A stretch of 57,923 nt of DNA, counting the filler, from Sphacelaria rigidula (lineage: Eukaryota), in assembly GCA_964200075.2 (NCBI GenBank). It is 8 parts of 8 records of this genome, joined end to end, with 100 filler letters (N's around TTAATTAATTAA, not from the genome) between each part and the next. Parts side by side here need not be neighbours in the genome. Positions count along the whole stretch, not along the records: positions 7,254 to 14,406 come from CAXNAA020016224.1; positions 14,507 to 21,659 come from CAXNAA020016225.1; positions 21,760 to 28,912 come from CAXNAA020016226.1; 5 more parts are not named here. One strand, written 5' to 3'. This document shows positions 12,863 to 25,419 of this stretch, piece by piece. A model generated the notes under the pieces. It searched no databases, was not told the DNA's origin, and was given only the letters and a program-made list of their open reading frames with translations. Both the position numbers and the translations under genes were made by a program. The stretch's first letter is position 1. Every line of letters begins with the position of its first letter.

Positions 12863-13241
12863 CTGAATCGACAGCAGAAACGAGTCAAGGCGGGATACTC
12901 GTAAAGTCCACCTCGTAGGTTCTCAACCATGCCCATCCCATAACCGAGCAGAAGAGCCAGCATCCCCTTCCCAGAAAATTACACCCTCATCAGTCAAGGA
13001 CGGCATCCAACCAAGCCGAATATAGCGCATGTGACAAGATAATCCATGACGTAGGCTTGCAAGTATGGTGTTGGCCTTCACTTTCTTCCATATACCCTCG
13101 GAGATGTCATCGTAGCGCTACCTATCCCACACGTCTCAACTCGGCACGATGTGGCCGCTGTATATATGTCGTTCACCAGTGGAAACAACGAGCGTTATAT
13201 ACATTACAAAGATGTTGTCTTGAGCTCGGGCTTGGTCTCAC

Positions 13242-13322
13242 CTGCATCCCCGGACGATCTGTTGTCCTCGAAGTATGTGTCACCGTCAATGAGGATCAAC
13301 CTGGCCTCAGCATTTATGGCAC
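13242..13322 (-). CDS. POMP/adhesin-like repeat protein, exon
   Basis: 81-nt phase-1/1 exon: GAINAEARLILIDGDTYFEDNRSSGDA. ccacag / gtgaga splice sites. GGAI and FxxN motifs. Confidence 0.8.
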
Positions 13323-13890
13323 CTGTGGTAAAAGGGAGCCCCGACGTTTCTCGGACCCTTAAGATTCTAAAAAATGCTCTCAGTATGGACAAAAACAGTC
13401 GCAGTAAACGGCGTTTGCTAGTTCAACCCTGACCTGACATTCGCACCCGCGATATCGCCGTTTGTTCATCAGAGCTGATTGAATGGTATCGCGCCTGTCT
13501 GTTCAAGCGCTACAGTGTCCACACGGCAAAGCCTTCTATGTTTGGCTTTACGGCGGCGATAGGATCACCAGCACCTGCTCTCGTGTAGACGCCAAGCTCA
13601 GTAGCCCACTTGTCAGCGATGTATGACCGCGTGTGCATACCTTTGGCGGGACCACCGCTTCCTCGTGGCGTAGCGCACCCCCAATGTAGCTCGACTCAAG
13701 GATTGGCTTAGTGCACACGAAGAAAGCCAGAGCGTGAAGGGGTACTGTAACCCCACGACAATTTGAAGTGCTACTGCCAACAGCATACACTTTCTCCCGC
13801 CCTGGAACGCCCTGAGGCATATCATCTTTCCGTCCATTCCGCTCAACACTGTAGCCACGATTAAATCACCAAGCATCCATAACGACACAC

Positions 13891-13974
13891 CTCCTTCAGA
13901 GCTTGTGTTATTCACGAACCGCGTACCAAACCCGGTGATGTTCACGTCGACATATCCCGCGTACAACCCTCCAC
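13891..13974 (-). CDS. POMP/adhesin-like (parallel beta-helix) repeat protein, exon
   Basis: 84-nt phase-1/1 exon: GGGLYAGYVDVNITGFGTRFVNNTSSEG. ttgcag / gtgtgt splice sites. Confidence 0.75.
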
Positions 13975-14684
13975 CTGCAAAATATACAGCGGAACACGAA
14001 AGCGCTGTACTAAGATAGGTTCATCACCGGGACCGTCGCGGATAGAACGGTGGAATCTCAGATGCTACGTCCCACAACAATATTTAAGCATGAGCAACTC
14101 TGGCGACCATCTACAACGTCCGTGCAGTAGTCTTCAGGAGGGGAAATGGGACTGGCTATGCTGGGGTGGTCTTGCACAAAGCAGGGATCACCAAACCGCC
14201 GAATGCTATAGCTATATACATGAAATCCGCACACCTGATTGACTCAAGACGAGGGGATCTACGGCCTCTGCACGCCCATTTGCATTGGGACACTTTCTAC
14301 GATAGCCCCCCCCCAAAACCAGCGAAAAGTGTCACGAAAACAATGGCCATACAGTGCCTGATGTTCGGGTTCAGGTTGCATGAAGCGCCTCATATTGGCG
14401 ACATTGNNNNNNNNNNNNNNNNNNNNNNNNNNNNNNNNNNNNNNNNNNNNTTAATTAATTAANNNNNNNNNNNNNNNNNNNNNNNNNNNNNNNNNNNNNN
14501 NNNNNNACAAACCATACATCATGCATGCTATTCAGAGCAGCACACACACGCATACCAAATTCCACGCGTACACCGGCATTTTCCAGCGAACGCAACACGA
14601 GCACACCCGTTCTACTGTCGTGCTTCATGCGCGAACAGCAACACAAATATGACCCAAAAAGCACACCATAACAATCTTTAATCG

Positions 14685-17600
14685 TCAGAAAACGATTCGG
14701 AAATACCAGTCATCTTGTGTTTTCTCATGCTCAACAAGTACCCTTACAAGTACTTGCTCCTCAGCAATATCCAATCCGGCGCTCACTACTATATCACTCA
14801 TCTCAGGTGATTCCCGCTTTGTAGGTTTCCAGTCTGCTCCTGCGAAGTAGTAGCACTGGAACCACCACCTTCTGCACACCAAAGAGCAACAATTCTTCTC
14901 GTACGGTAGCTCCTAGCAGCCACCTCTAGCACCCCCATGGTGAATCTCAACATGCCACCAAACAGCATATCCTTACCGTCGAGCCAATACAACAAATACT
15001 CTGCCTCCGCAGAAGCTTGGGCATCGACGATTTCTCCTGTTTCAGACGCTTTTTTGGGCGAAACGAGAGGTGGAACGGGAACAACCATACAGTCCCGCAT
15101 AGCAAGAGCTCTCGAGGACACCACACCATCCTCATTAAGCATCTGGCCTGACAACATATGAGCAATAGCACGCATCATTCGCGTACATTTACGATGGGAC
15201 AACGGCGAATTGACCATTCGAAATCTACGATCCATCAACGCCTTATTGAACGCTCTCACCGCACAATTCTTCACATGCCATCCCGTATCGCCGACCCATA
15301 CCTCCGGGGACCCCATCGCTTTTGCTCTGAGCCACGTCAGAAAATGCTCACCTTCTTCGCCTCCACACTAAAGTTTGCGGGCTCCAACCACCCGAAGTTG
15401 CTCACATCGTCTTTGATCGCCAAATTATCTTGGATCGGATCTCCGTCGTCCAGCCCACCATTTTCCAGCTGACCATTCGCTCCATCGCTGAGGAAATTCA
15501 ATTCCATCACCTCCTCTGGGCAAGTACCATGCACCTTATCCCCACCCTGCACCATATCCTCGTGGGGAGGGGAATGTGCGCCCCCACCTTGGATTCGCTC
15601 ACCCCTCGCGAGCAGAAATTTTCCGGCCTTTCCATCGCCGCTCTTTCCAAGCTTGACTGCAAACTGCAGTACAGTAACCCAAACGCCACCAAAACTGCAA
15701 TGCACGAAGCTAGCCACCCGGTTTTCACCGGATCGTATCGCCTCGGCTTGGCCTTTACAGCCTTCGCCTGCGGCTTGAGTTGCACGCGCATCGGCTCTAC
15801 GCGCGCTGGCGGATCACCGCACAGCGCACGTCGAAATGTGTCTACGCGACGAGACAAAATATCGCGCAGACGATAAGCGCCCTCGGCGCTCAGGCCCTGC
15901 TGTTCGGCCTGTCGCACGCTATCTGCCAGCGCGCGATCTCTCCCCTCCTTCTCTTCTGCAGGGTCCAGAAACATGTCCGGGCCCCGGTCCACCAATCTCT
16001 CCACTGCCTCATCCGCAGGAGTTTCCTTCACACACTCAGTTTGAAACGCATCGACAGAGATGGTCACCCGCCTCGCCGCTAGATGACTAGAATTTTCAAC
16101 GTCCGTCTGAATCGGCACGGCATGGGGGCGTAACTTCTCCAACGCCAGAGGATACAAATCAATGCCGATTGCTTTATCGTTGCCAAGCCAAAGAGAATGA
16201 CATCATCTCTACCGGGCAGAACAGCGAAGGTGATGGGTGGCATCTGCACAGCCCCCCACGGAGTGCGTACACTTACGGAGATTGGGACCGTCTTGTGTGT
16301 TACCGTCACCGGCTCTCCCGTAGCGGTGTGAGCGGTTTGGGGACCATTCTGGAACGGCAACTGTAATTGAGCGTTGCCGCAGAGCGAAGACAACTGGGCC
16401 AGTAAAGCCACGCTGATACACGTAAGTGCGGACCCAGAGTCCAGAATAACCCGTGCCATCAATGATCCTACCGTACCTGGCGAAGAAAGGTCAGCACGGA
16501 GGCATTATGCAGTGCGATCGACAGGCACTACACCTGTAAGGGGGAAACCTTGATTGTTGGCTACAGTCACCTGTCGCCAAGGTTGCGCTCCAGAAAGTGG
16601 CATCGTCGACACCGCATCGGCGTTCCACCCCGCCCAAGATTCCGTGTATGTAGACGGCGCCGTCGCCGCCGTCGCAGTAGCGGGAGCGATACCAGACACG
16701 GATCCAGCCTGGCCGGTGGTTTGCGAGCTGTCCGCTCCAGCACCACCCACCGAAGTACTACTCCCTGCTACATAAACTGCCCGCCCTGGAATGGACGGAC
16801 CAGAAGAGCCTGAGGCAGGTTCTGAAGATGCAGCCGATGACATTGTAGTGGAGGATTTGCCATCCGTCGCCTCTCGATTGCTGCCGCGGCCACCGCGCCC
16901 GCGTCCACCATAACCTCTACCTCTTCCTCCATGACGACCGCCGCTGGATCCCGACTGATCTTGCGGACTATTTTGATTAGCGCCCTTGGCGCGAGGCTTG
17001 GGGCAATCCTGTAAAAGATGCCCTTGGTCGCCACAGTTAAAGCATGCGCGAGTAGATGTCCCTCGCGCAGACGACTGCTGCTGCTGTTTTTGTTTGCGGC
17101 GAGATCCACCCGCATTTGCCCCACCATCACGGCGTTGTACAGATTCTACAAGTTTCCACTTGTCAGCAGCCTCAAATATCGTCTTCATCACTAAAGTAGG
17201 GTTTCGTTTCCAACCCTCCTCGTACATCAAGAGAGTCTTGACATGATCCTCAAACGCCGGAGGCGCAATGCCGTCCACCATGGCAATGGAAACTGACTCT
17301 GCCGGACCTGGCAGCCAGCTTCTGTCTTGTGCCCTGTACATGGCTTCGACCGACATTCTTTTTTTTAATATTGTTCCAAATGTAATGTGCCTCCCATTGC
17401 CCTATCTCGTACCGACAATGGTCCGTCTTGAGCCATCTTGAGAATGCGCTTGATATCAGCCGCAGCCCGAGTTTTATCCTCTCGGCCACCGGTGGTGGTA
17501 TACCCAGCATGCTGCTTCACAGCATCTACTAGCTCCGCGGCGGTCATTGTTCGTCCGTCTGTGTACATTATTTCGAAACATTGACGAATATATGCAGGAA

Positions 17601-18176
17601 TCAACTACCCAATTGGCACTTGCGCGTGTCTCACTCTTCCTTCTTCATTAGCGATTCGCAACCGCTGCTCGTAATCGAGATAGGCCCCGAAAAACTTGCG
17701 ACTAGCTGCTTCGTTCCATTCTTTACCGTACTGCGGCGGATGTAACATCTCACCCAATAGCAGTGGTGTTGCTGTCGCATGAGCCATGCCTGACTTGAGC
17801 GTCGCCAGCGGAGCTTTCTCCAAACGCTATTCTTGCTACAAGCTGCTCCTCTCGTTTACACCAAGTGCTTCCAGCACTATCTCCTTGTGCACAAACCGTA
17901 CCGGCTGCCCGTCTCGTACCTCAGCCTGCACTCCTCGAAACAGAGTGCCGAGTAATATCTAGATATTATAGCCTCTGCCAGACAATCTGGACAAGAGGGC
18001 TATTCAGTGAGGGACTTCTCTAGAATCCACTGGCCTCACGCTCGATAAGAACTTCTCGTCGACTTTCCATTCATGAAGTAAACACAAAAGCCCACCGGCT
18101 CCACATCAAAGGCTACACGGTAAGGGTCATCATCCATAGTGTACCCTATCACATAATCATCATCCAGCATCCTACA
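14685..18176 (-). mobile_element. Degenerate, internally deleted Ty3/gypsy LTR retrotransposon
   Basis: Probable LTR start TGTAGG at 18176. Fragmented gag 17823-16505 with CCHC knuckle CFNCGDQGHLLQDCP. Protease VILDSGSALTCIS (~16450). RT N-terminal PPARVEPMRVQLKPQAKAVKAKPRRY (~15780). Integrase-core-like segment 15316-14800 (PEVWVGDTGWHVKN...KCTRMMR). Possible chromodomain remnant ~14700. Many stops and frameshifts; no RT YxDD or RNase H seen. Confidence 0.88.
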
Positions 18177-18224
18177 TGATAAACGCAATGGCTTGGCACC
18201 ATTTTGGGCTACAGCTTGAATATC

Positions 18225-18320
18225 CATCCGGACCCAATTGCATCAAAACGAGAATTTTTCACTCGACTGAACTCCACCGCTCGTTTTTTCGATAGAAAAA
18301 AAATGTGCTAAGACACGCCC
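18225..18320 (+). repeat. Dispersed repeat fragment, second copy at ~46160-46255
   Basis: CATCCGGACCCAA(T/C)TGCATCAAAACGAGAA...CTCCACCGC...TTTTCGAT...AAGACA shared between contigs 3 and 7. Confidence 0.8.
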
Positions 18321-19085
18321 TAACAGCCTGGATCCGATGTTGAGGTTCAACATTTGGGAGAGGTTGAGGCGGTCATCGAAATTTCATTCATGTTCGGCCA
18401 TGGCACTTGTGCCAGAAGCTTTCATACGGCAACCCAAGCATGGTGCACAGTTAAAAAAAAACCCCACCGTCAGGGTGCGGCGTTTTTTGAACAGGACGCG
18501 TCTCGAAGTGCTACGAAAAACGTAACAAAGCAGGCTTAAAACAAACGTTTTTGGACTAGTCATCGAGTTTTTGAGCGTCTCTTGTTGAGTATCTGGGAGA
18601 GACTTTATACTGTTGCGCCGGCGACGACCGCCATCAGCGGAGCGATCCAATACGGCGACAGACGCTAGCGATCTTTGAAACACAGCATCATTCAGCAGTT
18701 TGCTGAGATACACACTATCACCAGAGTACAGCATCACTACAGTGCAGTCATCACTTGGATAAAATGGATGCCCCACACGAAAAGGCTGCACACACACAAC
18801 GGGGGTTAGGGTCAGTCCCACGCTTGAGTTTGGTTCGCCAGTAGCGCCAATGGGAGGCGCTTCATCCAGTCTGAGCCAGCTATTACGCATTGTATGGCTC
18901 CTTCCGCCGTGGCTGTGTTGGGAACTGGTTTCGGAGTGGGGCTGGCGAAGCATACTGTGCTGTAGTGCAGCGCGCTTGCAAAATCCGAGCCGTTTTTTCA
19001 TTTACAATTCGCATCAGCGGTAGGTAGCATCCAAACTACTGTTGTTGTGTTTTGGTCACATCTCATCATTTTCGCAGCTTCGAAC

Positions 19086-19118
<33 letters not shown>

Positions 19119-19886
19119 AGTATTGGACGGGGCCGCCGTCAAGGCGGCCCCGTCCTCAAGCAGAGGCGTCCCGACCTCAAGTACAGGATGAGAAAATGCT
19201 ATGAAAGAAGAGGTATACGCGTTGGTGTATGTAATGGTGTCGGGGGATACCAAGAGGGTGAAGCTGTGGTGGTTGAGCGACACGTACAGGGATGCCGCAA
19301 CGCACTTTGTTGGTGAGGTAGGAGATGGTGATGAATATTACATTCACCGGTCAGCGCGAGCGATGAAGAGGCATATAGGGGTGAGGGGTGAGCTTGGAAG
19401 ACAAAAAAACGATGCGTGGAAAACATATTGTTTGAAGGACATAACATTAACCGCACGACACGCAGCATAATACGTGACTATGTGGCAAATAGCAGGCAGA
19501 TCGTAAGCCCGCCCAGCTGGACACGAAAGCAGGAAGGACAACTACTTACTTCGAAGGTGGGGACGGCCTACACTTGCCAACAGCAAAAATCGAGTTGCAC
19601 ACGGAGACACTACGAAGACGACCTCATGCCCGCAAAACTTGGATACCTCAAAACCCAGCGCTATGGTCGAAACGTTCATGCCGACTCTCCATATCTACAG
19701 ACTCCCCTACACAGAGGCGCGTATGCTGTACGCGCCTAAGCTAGGTTTTCCTTACACCTTTCCATTTGTCTAACCTTGAAACGCGACGGTCAATCTAGGC
19801 TCGCCTTACACCCTTCCATTTGTCCAACGTTGAAATGGGAGGGTCAATCGGGCCAATGTGCTTGGGCAACCTCCGGTTAAAAGTTT

Positions 19887-20410
19887 AATTCACCGATTCA
19901 CCGATTAACCGACGCGCATTTGACCAAGGTGAACGAAAAGTTCAAACTTAGAAACCTTTACTGGTGATCGAAGTTCCAGCGCTAGTAGACAAAAGCCGAC
20001 TCTATAACTTTGAGATTATTGGACTCTCTCACTCTGCAGAACACGTGTGCTGTACGCGCTCAAGCTAGCTGCGCCTTACACTCTTCCATGCCATATTTTG
20101 ATGTTTGAAATGTCAACCTAATTCACCGATTCACCGATTAACCGACGCGCATTTGACCAAGGTGAACGAAAAGTTCAAACTTAGAAACCTTCACTGGTGA
20201 TTGGAGTTCCAGCGCTAGTAGACAAAAGCCGACTCTCTCACTCTGCAGATTATTGGACTCTCTCACTCTGCAGAGCACGTGTGCTGTACGCGCTCAAGCT
20301 AGCTTCGCCTTACACTCTTCCATGCCATATTTTGATGTTTGAAACAACCATTGCTGATGCCACATGTCAGATGTTTGAAATATTAACCATTGCTGATGCC
20401 ACATGTCAGA
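19887..20410 (+). repeat. Tandem duplications (~232-bp unit x2, then ~39-bp unit x2)
   Basis: AATTCACCGATTCACCGATTAACCGACGCGCATTTGACC... at ~19888 and ~20120. AACCATTGCTGATGCCACATGTCAGA twice within 20345-20410. Confidence 0.9.
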
Positions 20411-20699
20411 GACTGTGGTGATGCCCCTTTACGATGGCCAAAGCGAACACATACTTTGGTTAGTGGTAACTATGCTTGTACACCGACGTTTCGCGTGCCT
20501 GAACACCGTGCTGTGATGGAAAAACTTTGTAGAGCACCCCTAGCTTTTTCAAAACGTCCCAACTTGTAAGGTTACGTGAAGGTGAAGGGTTGCTTAAAGT
20601 GTACTGTTTTCAGAGTAGTTCGAGTTGCCCCGCTTCGCTCTCGTGAGCCCGGTTCTCGTCAGTCGTGCGCCTAGAGCTCTGAACGTAATCCTAGGTACC

Positions 20700-21183
20700 C
20701 ATATGTTATTATGTACCCAAATTCGGAACACCTTTGAAAACGAAAGAGTTCGTGTTTTCAAAGTACGTCGATATGGTTGAAATGACTCTTCTAACCCGAG
20801 GGAAAGTGTCCGCTTTGAGTCCGTTCAAGCGTTCGAAGATACTATCGAACAGCACTATGAATCTGTCCTATCATTGGCATCTGCGAATCAGTACAGTACC
20901 ATCACAAATTGACAATTTACGTTCTTATTAGAAACCAACGGGCCCCAAAGTGTTTGCAGTTAGGAAGACTGGCATTTTCATGGAGGATAAACTCTGTGTT
21001 CCCCCGTGGCCGCGACATGCGGTCTCAAAAACTATGCTGTCCTTCTTTCGAACCTGGCGGGCGGACGGAGAAGCCGCAATCCCTCGGGTTAGAAGAGTCA
21101 TTTCAACCATATCGATGTACTTTGAAAAAACGAACTCTTTCGTTTTCAAAGGTGTTCCAAATTTGGGTACATAATAACATATG
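20700..21183. mobile_element. MITE with ~104-bp terminal inverted repeats
   Basis: 20700-20803 (CATATGTTATTATGTACCCAAATT...TAACCCGAGGGA) is the near-perfect reverse complement of 21080-21183. Confidence 0.85.
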
Positions 21184-23802
21184 TGCTATCAATACCGAGT
21201 GTGACCTCTATGGGCAGACGTCTGCAGACGGGAGGTAGAGTAGATCAACGAAAGCTCCAGATCGCAGCTGACGCGCCCCTCTGCAATATGCTAGCAACAG
21301 TTAGGTCACCACCGTAGGTATATTTTTTCACNNNNNNNNNNGTGTTTGATCTCTCGTGCACTCCCCCCAACTCGCGTGTGGTCAAGTGCCCGGTCGGGGT
21401 GGCGGACAATCGACGATGAATAACACCCCCTAAGTTCATGTTGGATCTATCTGGTTTTGCAGCAGCACCGTCCTTGCGGGCATGTGTGTGACAGAGAACA
21501 GTAGTAGCGGTGACAGAAATATTGCCCTGTTTTTCAGGGACATGTTCTTCAGTGCACAGAGGCGCGTGTTGTCCAAAAAGAGAGCCAGAGAGAAACTGAT
21601 CTTCGCATCGATGATAAGGTAGGTGCTCAGGCAAGACGAAGAGACGACGGAAAACCAGANNNNNNNNNNNNNNNNNNNNNNNNNNNNNNNNNNNNNNNNN
21701 NNNTTAATTAATTAANNNNNNNNNNNNNNNNNNNNNNNNNNNNNNNNNNNNNNNNNNNNGCTTGCCTTAGTCGTTTGACCATTGACCACGCGTCCCTTTC
21801 GAGACGGAGCAGGGGGGCAGGGGGGGGGAGCATGTCGCACGAGTGCGTGCCCATGCTGTGTGCCATGCGGCTATTCCTCGGCCACAGGCCTCCAGTCTGA
21901 AATCGGATTCAATGCCGCGATGGATACCTCACAGCGCCACAATGGACATCTCACCGAGCGCTTAGGACCGACGCTCATACAAGTAGAGCGGCGCGTGCAC
22001 TGCGCCAAGTTGACAGGGCGTTTTAGTGGGTTCGACACCCACACTGGCTTGAGCAAAGCCTCCCGAACGCTCGAGGCGCCTACCCCACATGACGGCCGTG
22101 AGGAAATGATTCGCGTAGAAGTTTCCAGGGGCATACCTCCTAGATGCTTCCATGGGCGTTTTACAAAGATCAAAAGTACACGGAAACACCGTCGACAACC
22201 TTAACCACGTACCGGCATGACCACAAAGAGGATCTACTGTTTCGTGTGCCCATGTACATCTCGTTGAACCGCAGCTTCACCTCGGCAACGTTCCATTTGC
22301 TGACGCCCAATTATCTTCCCGCGGTCCGAGAGGCAGTATCCCCGTGTCCGCTCTCTGGTTAGTACGTGCCCTTCCGGCAGATGGGCGCGAGCACCCCGCA
22401 CAATGATGGGTCAACTTTCTACTCGCTGGGCTCATGATGGCGTGAGCACACGCTTCTACCCACTTTAATCGCATTAGTTCCTAGCACCATTGCTGAGGAT
22501 GGTTTCGGCAATGATGCTAGGGAGTATGCGGTTGAAGTGGATCAAACCCTGCGCTCCTTACTCATGATCTTGTATGCCGTAGTCATATAACTGGTGACCT
22601 CGCATCCCTACAGAGTGGGGGGGGGGAGATGCCTTGGTGGGCGTGCGACAGTTGTTTGCCGTTCTCTTCTTGTGAGTTTTGTTTTCCGATTTTTGGGTCA
22701 ATATCCGAAGATTGGAGGCGATAACCGTAGACTGGCAACAGCACCAGCAAGTGCACGACAATATTCCATATATATGTCAATCATGACCTCGACTTTTTTT
22801 CGTCGGTGAAGATCCGAATAATGCTAACGGTCACCGTACAATTGCAACGGCCACTTGATGAAAACATGCCGTTCACGTATCCGCCCTGGGTAAATTGTAG
22901 CCCAACTGGGTTGAACCCACCCCACAGCGAAGAGTCACCACGAAGTTCAGTACCCCCCTCCCAACCATAAACTCTGAATGGTACGAAATCTGGTTTGGGC
23001 AGATGAGTTTGAGCATCCAAACGAGTGCTTGCCATCGCGGTTTCTAATTTCGCAATATCTCCTGCGTCAAAGCTCCTGATCATTTGCGTGTCGGAGCGCG
23101 TTTGTTCGTTCGTGCGAGCTTTTTCCTTTTGCAAAACAGCTGGCTGGCTACGTACCGTACTGGCCATGAAAACGTAGCAGGCAAAAACTTGATTCCCCGG
23201 CAGCTTCATGCGCAGTAGCATCACTTGGCTTCACATAACCGTCAACAGTTCCCTGGTGACGCAGGAGTGACCGTTGATCGAGGTGCAGGAGCAACGCTGT
23301 GTGGCGGTGCCTACGTAGGTCTGCTTTGCTAGTAGTTGATGTGGTTATCTTCGTGTCGGGGGAAATGATTTTGCAAAGGAAAGAGCTCGGAGCTGCATCC
23401 AAATAACTTGTCGTTTTGTGTCGATTGTGTGCGCAGATAGTTGTGTACAAGTACATGTTCCCGTTCACTCCGTGAATTCAGCCACATCATGTCCGGTCCC
23501 TCCGCGCGTCACCCCCACAAGCTGTGACCGTTTTACCCAAGGGTATCAGCTATCAGCGAGAAAAACAAACGTCAGAACACGCCTCAACATGCGTCATCTG
23601 CACCGTGCACGATACCCAACTCGTTCGTAGTCGTCTGTCTTTTTTTTTTGTCTTCCTGTGCTTCTGGTCTCTTTCCCCTCTCTGATATCATGTTTCCACC
23701 CCTTGCGCCTGGCTGTCGGTGTGCCGGTCTTCCCCGATCTTGGCGCATACGTTTATATCCTCCCCGACCATCTTCCCCGACCGTTTGGCAACTGGGGAGC
23801 AG

Positions 23803-23910
23803 ACATTGAAGAAGGCTCAGGTGGAAAAGCACGTATATTCGTGCAGGAACTGTTGGGGTGTCACGTGCGTGGACTGCAATCACACGTTCGAGGGGGAGTC
23901 GTTCCGAGAG
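23803..23910 (+). CDS. LYAR: LYAR-type C2HC zinc-finger nucleolar protein, exon
   Basis: TLKKAQVEKHVYSCRNCWGVTCVDCNHTFEGESFRE (zf-LYAR). cag / gtgaag splice sites. The first exon was not found. Confidence 0.9.
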
Positions 23911-24540
23911 GTGAAGGAAGCGAATGGTACTCCATAGTATACGAGAACCGTTGGTCAATAATCCAGGAATTGCGGGGTATTTTGTTCACCACAAGCGACG
24001 ACTACGAGTGTCCGACCCCATGAAACTGTCAGCCCATTGAGCGTTTTTTGGAAGGTTCCCCGAAAGCTCCCTAAACCTTTGTTGGATTCTTTTTGAATCC
24101 ATACCTGTTGACACGCTGTATCAGGGTATGATAACTACGGATGGTGTCGGGATTTTGTATTGAATCACGAGCCTCGCAGGAAAAAATGTCCTTGCCATAA
24201 TATGGACATCCTTGTCTTCTGCACACTTCGAGAGCTAGAGCACCATGTATCAGGACACCCCCCCCCGCAGCCGCCGTCGCCCCCCCTCCACGAAGATCGT
24301 GCTCGGTCGTTCTGACGTGCGGGTACTCAGTTGATTGATGACGCATCCCCATACTTGACCACCAACATTCGCTGTTGTTTGTAGTATATATTGCATAAAA
24401 AGCTCACACGAAAACCGAAAATTGCGTAGTACCTCACCTCGTGCATACAGTTATTGATTCCCTGAGGGAATCAAGCCCATGGCAACGAATCGTCTCGCTT
24501 GTTTGTTTGCTTGTTTTTTGCCGCTGTTGTGCTTTCGCAG

Positions 24541-24600
24541 CACACGTCATGCGTTTCGGAAGACCAAAAGTATCAAGGCGCCCTGTTCAAAGCACCCAAG
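24541..24600 (+). CDS. LYAR: LYAR exon
   Basis: HTSCVSEDQKYQGALFKAPK completes the second C2HC finger. tttcgcag / gtaaca splice sites. Confidence 0.92.
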
Positions 24601-25419
24601 GTAACAAAAATATCAGACACATGACGCGTATTATGGTCCGAGAATAGTCGAGGCTAAGAGCATGTCGGTTACCGTCTACAAGTACACTGCTATAACAGCA
24701 TCGCCAGATAACTGCGACTGTTGTCTCGTCGATTTTCACGAGAGACAATTTTCCCACGTATGTGTTGTCAATTACCCTGTGTCTAGAATCTCACGTGCCG
24801 TTTAATGTGGATACTTAAATGTGTACCAGGAGTGAATACGCGTTTTGACAAGCAAGCTACGTGATCTTTTTCGGTGGAACGGATCGAAAGGAGTGATGAG
24901 AGATTATAATAGCAAGCTCGAAAATTGCTGTTCTAAATATTGTCTTTTTTTTTCTTGCTGGTATTCCTAGCTCCCGAAGTGGAATATATCCCCGCGCATT
25001 TTCGGGATGAAACGAATCAGATATTTCTTCGTGAAATGACCATTCTGGGACGGACGTTTGAGTCCAGTACATGTCAGAACGATCCCCATAATGGCCCGTG
25101 AAAACGCCGAAGATGCTCAACTTCTGATTCACACAGGGAGCAACGATGGGGGCGTCGATGGCGTTCTGGCATGAGCTGTGGAAATTGTGTTTAAGTGGCA
25201 CCGTGTTTTGGGGGTTTCGGCGAAGCCACCAAGTGAGCACTCCGCCGTGCAAATACTATGGACAATCCATTTCCTGTGGGTGTCGTTGAGGGAAAGCTGA
25301 GGCCATGCGTCTTCATCACCCATTAGTGGTTCAGCTTCTACTCATGCTACGTGACAGATTTTGGCTCAAGGGTAGCTAATTTTGCCCTATTCAACAGTCC
25401 TTTTTAATTTCCCTGCACC

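Larger units (their letters stand above)
19117..21244 (-). mobile_element. Putative non-autonomous Helitron
   Basis: Minus-strand 3' end has a perfect 13-bp GC-rich hairpin (19125-19155) 8 nt before a CTTG terminus abutting (TA)n. Candidate 5' end A|TCTACT at 21244. Internal tandem repeats; no TSD. The 5' boundary is tentative. Confidence 0.55.

Noticed and set aside
18036..18227. 63-aa ORF that looks like a small viral protein
   Set aside because: It straddles the probable gypsy LTR start (18176) and flanking repeat, so it is likely fortuitous.
20928..21149. Paired ORFs beginning MKTKEFVFSKY on opposite strands (with 20734-20931)
   Set aside because: They are a by-product of the 104-bp TIRs of a MITE, not genes.
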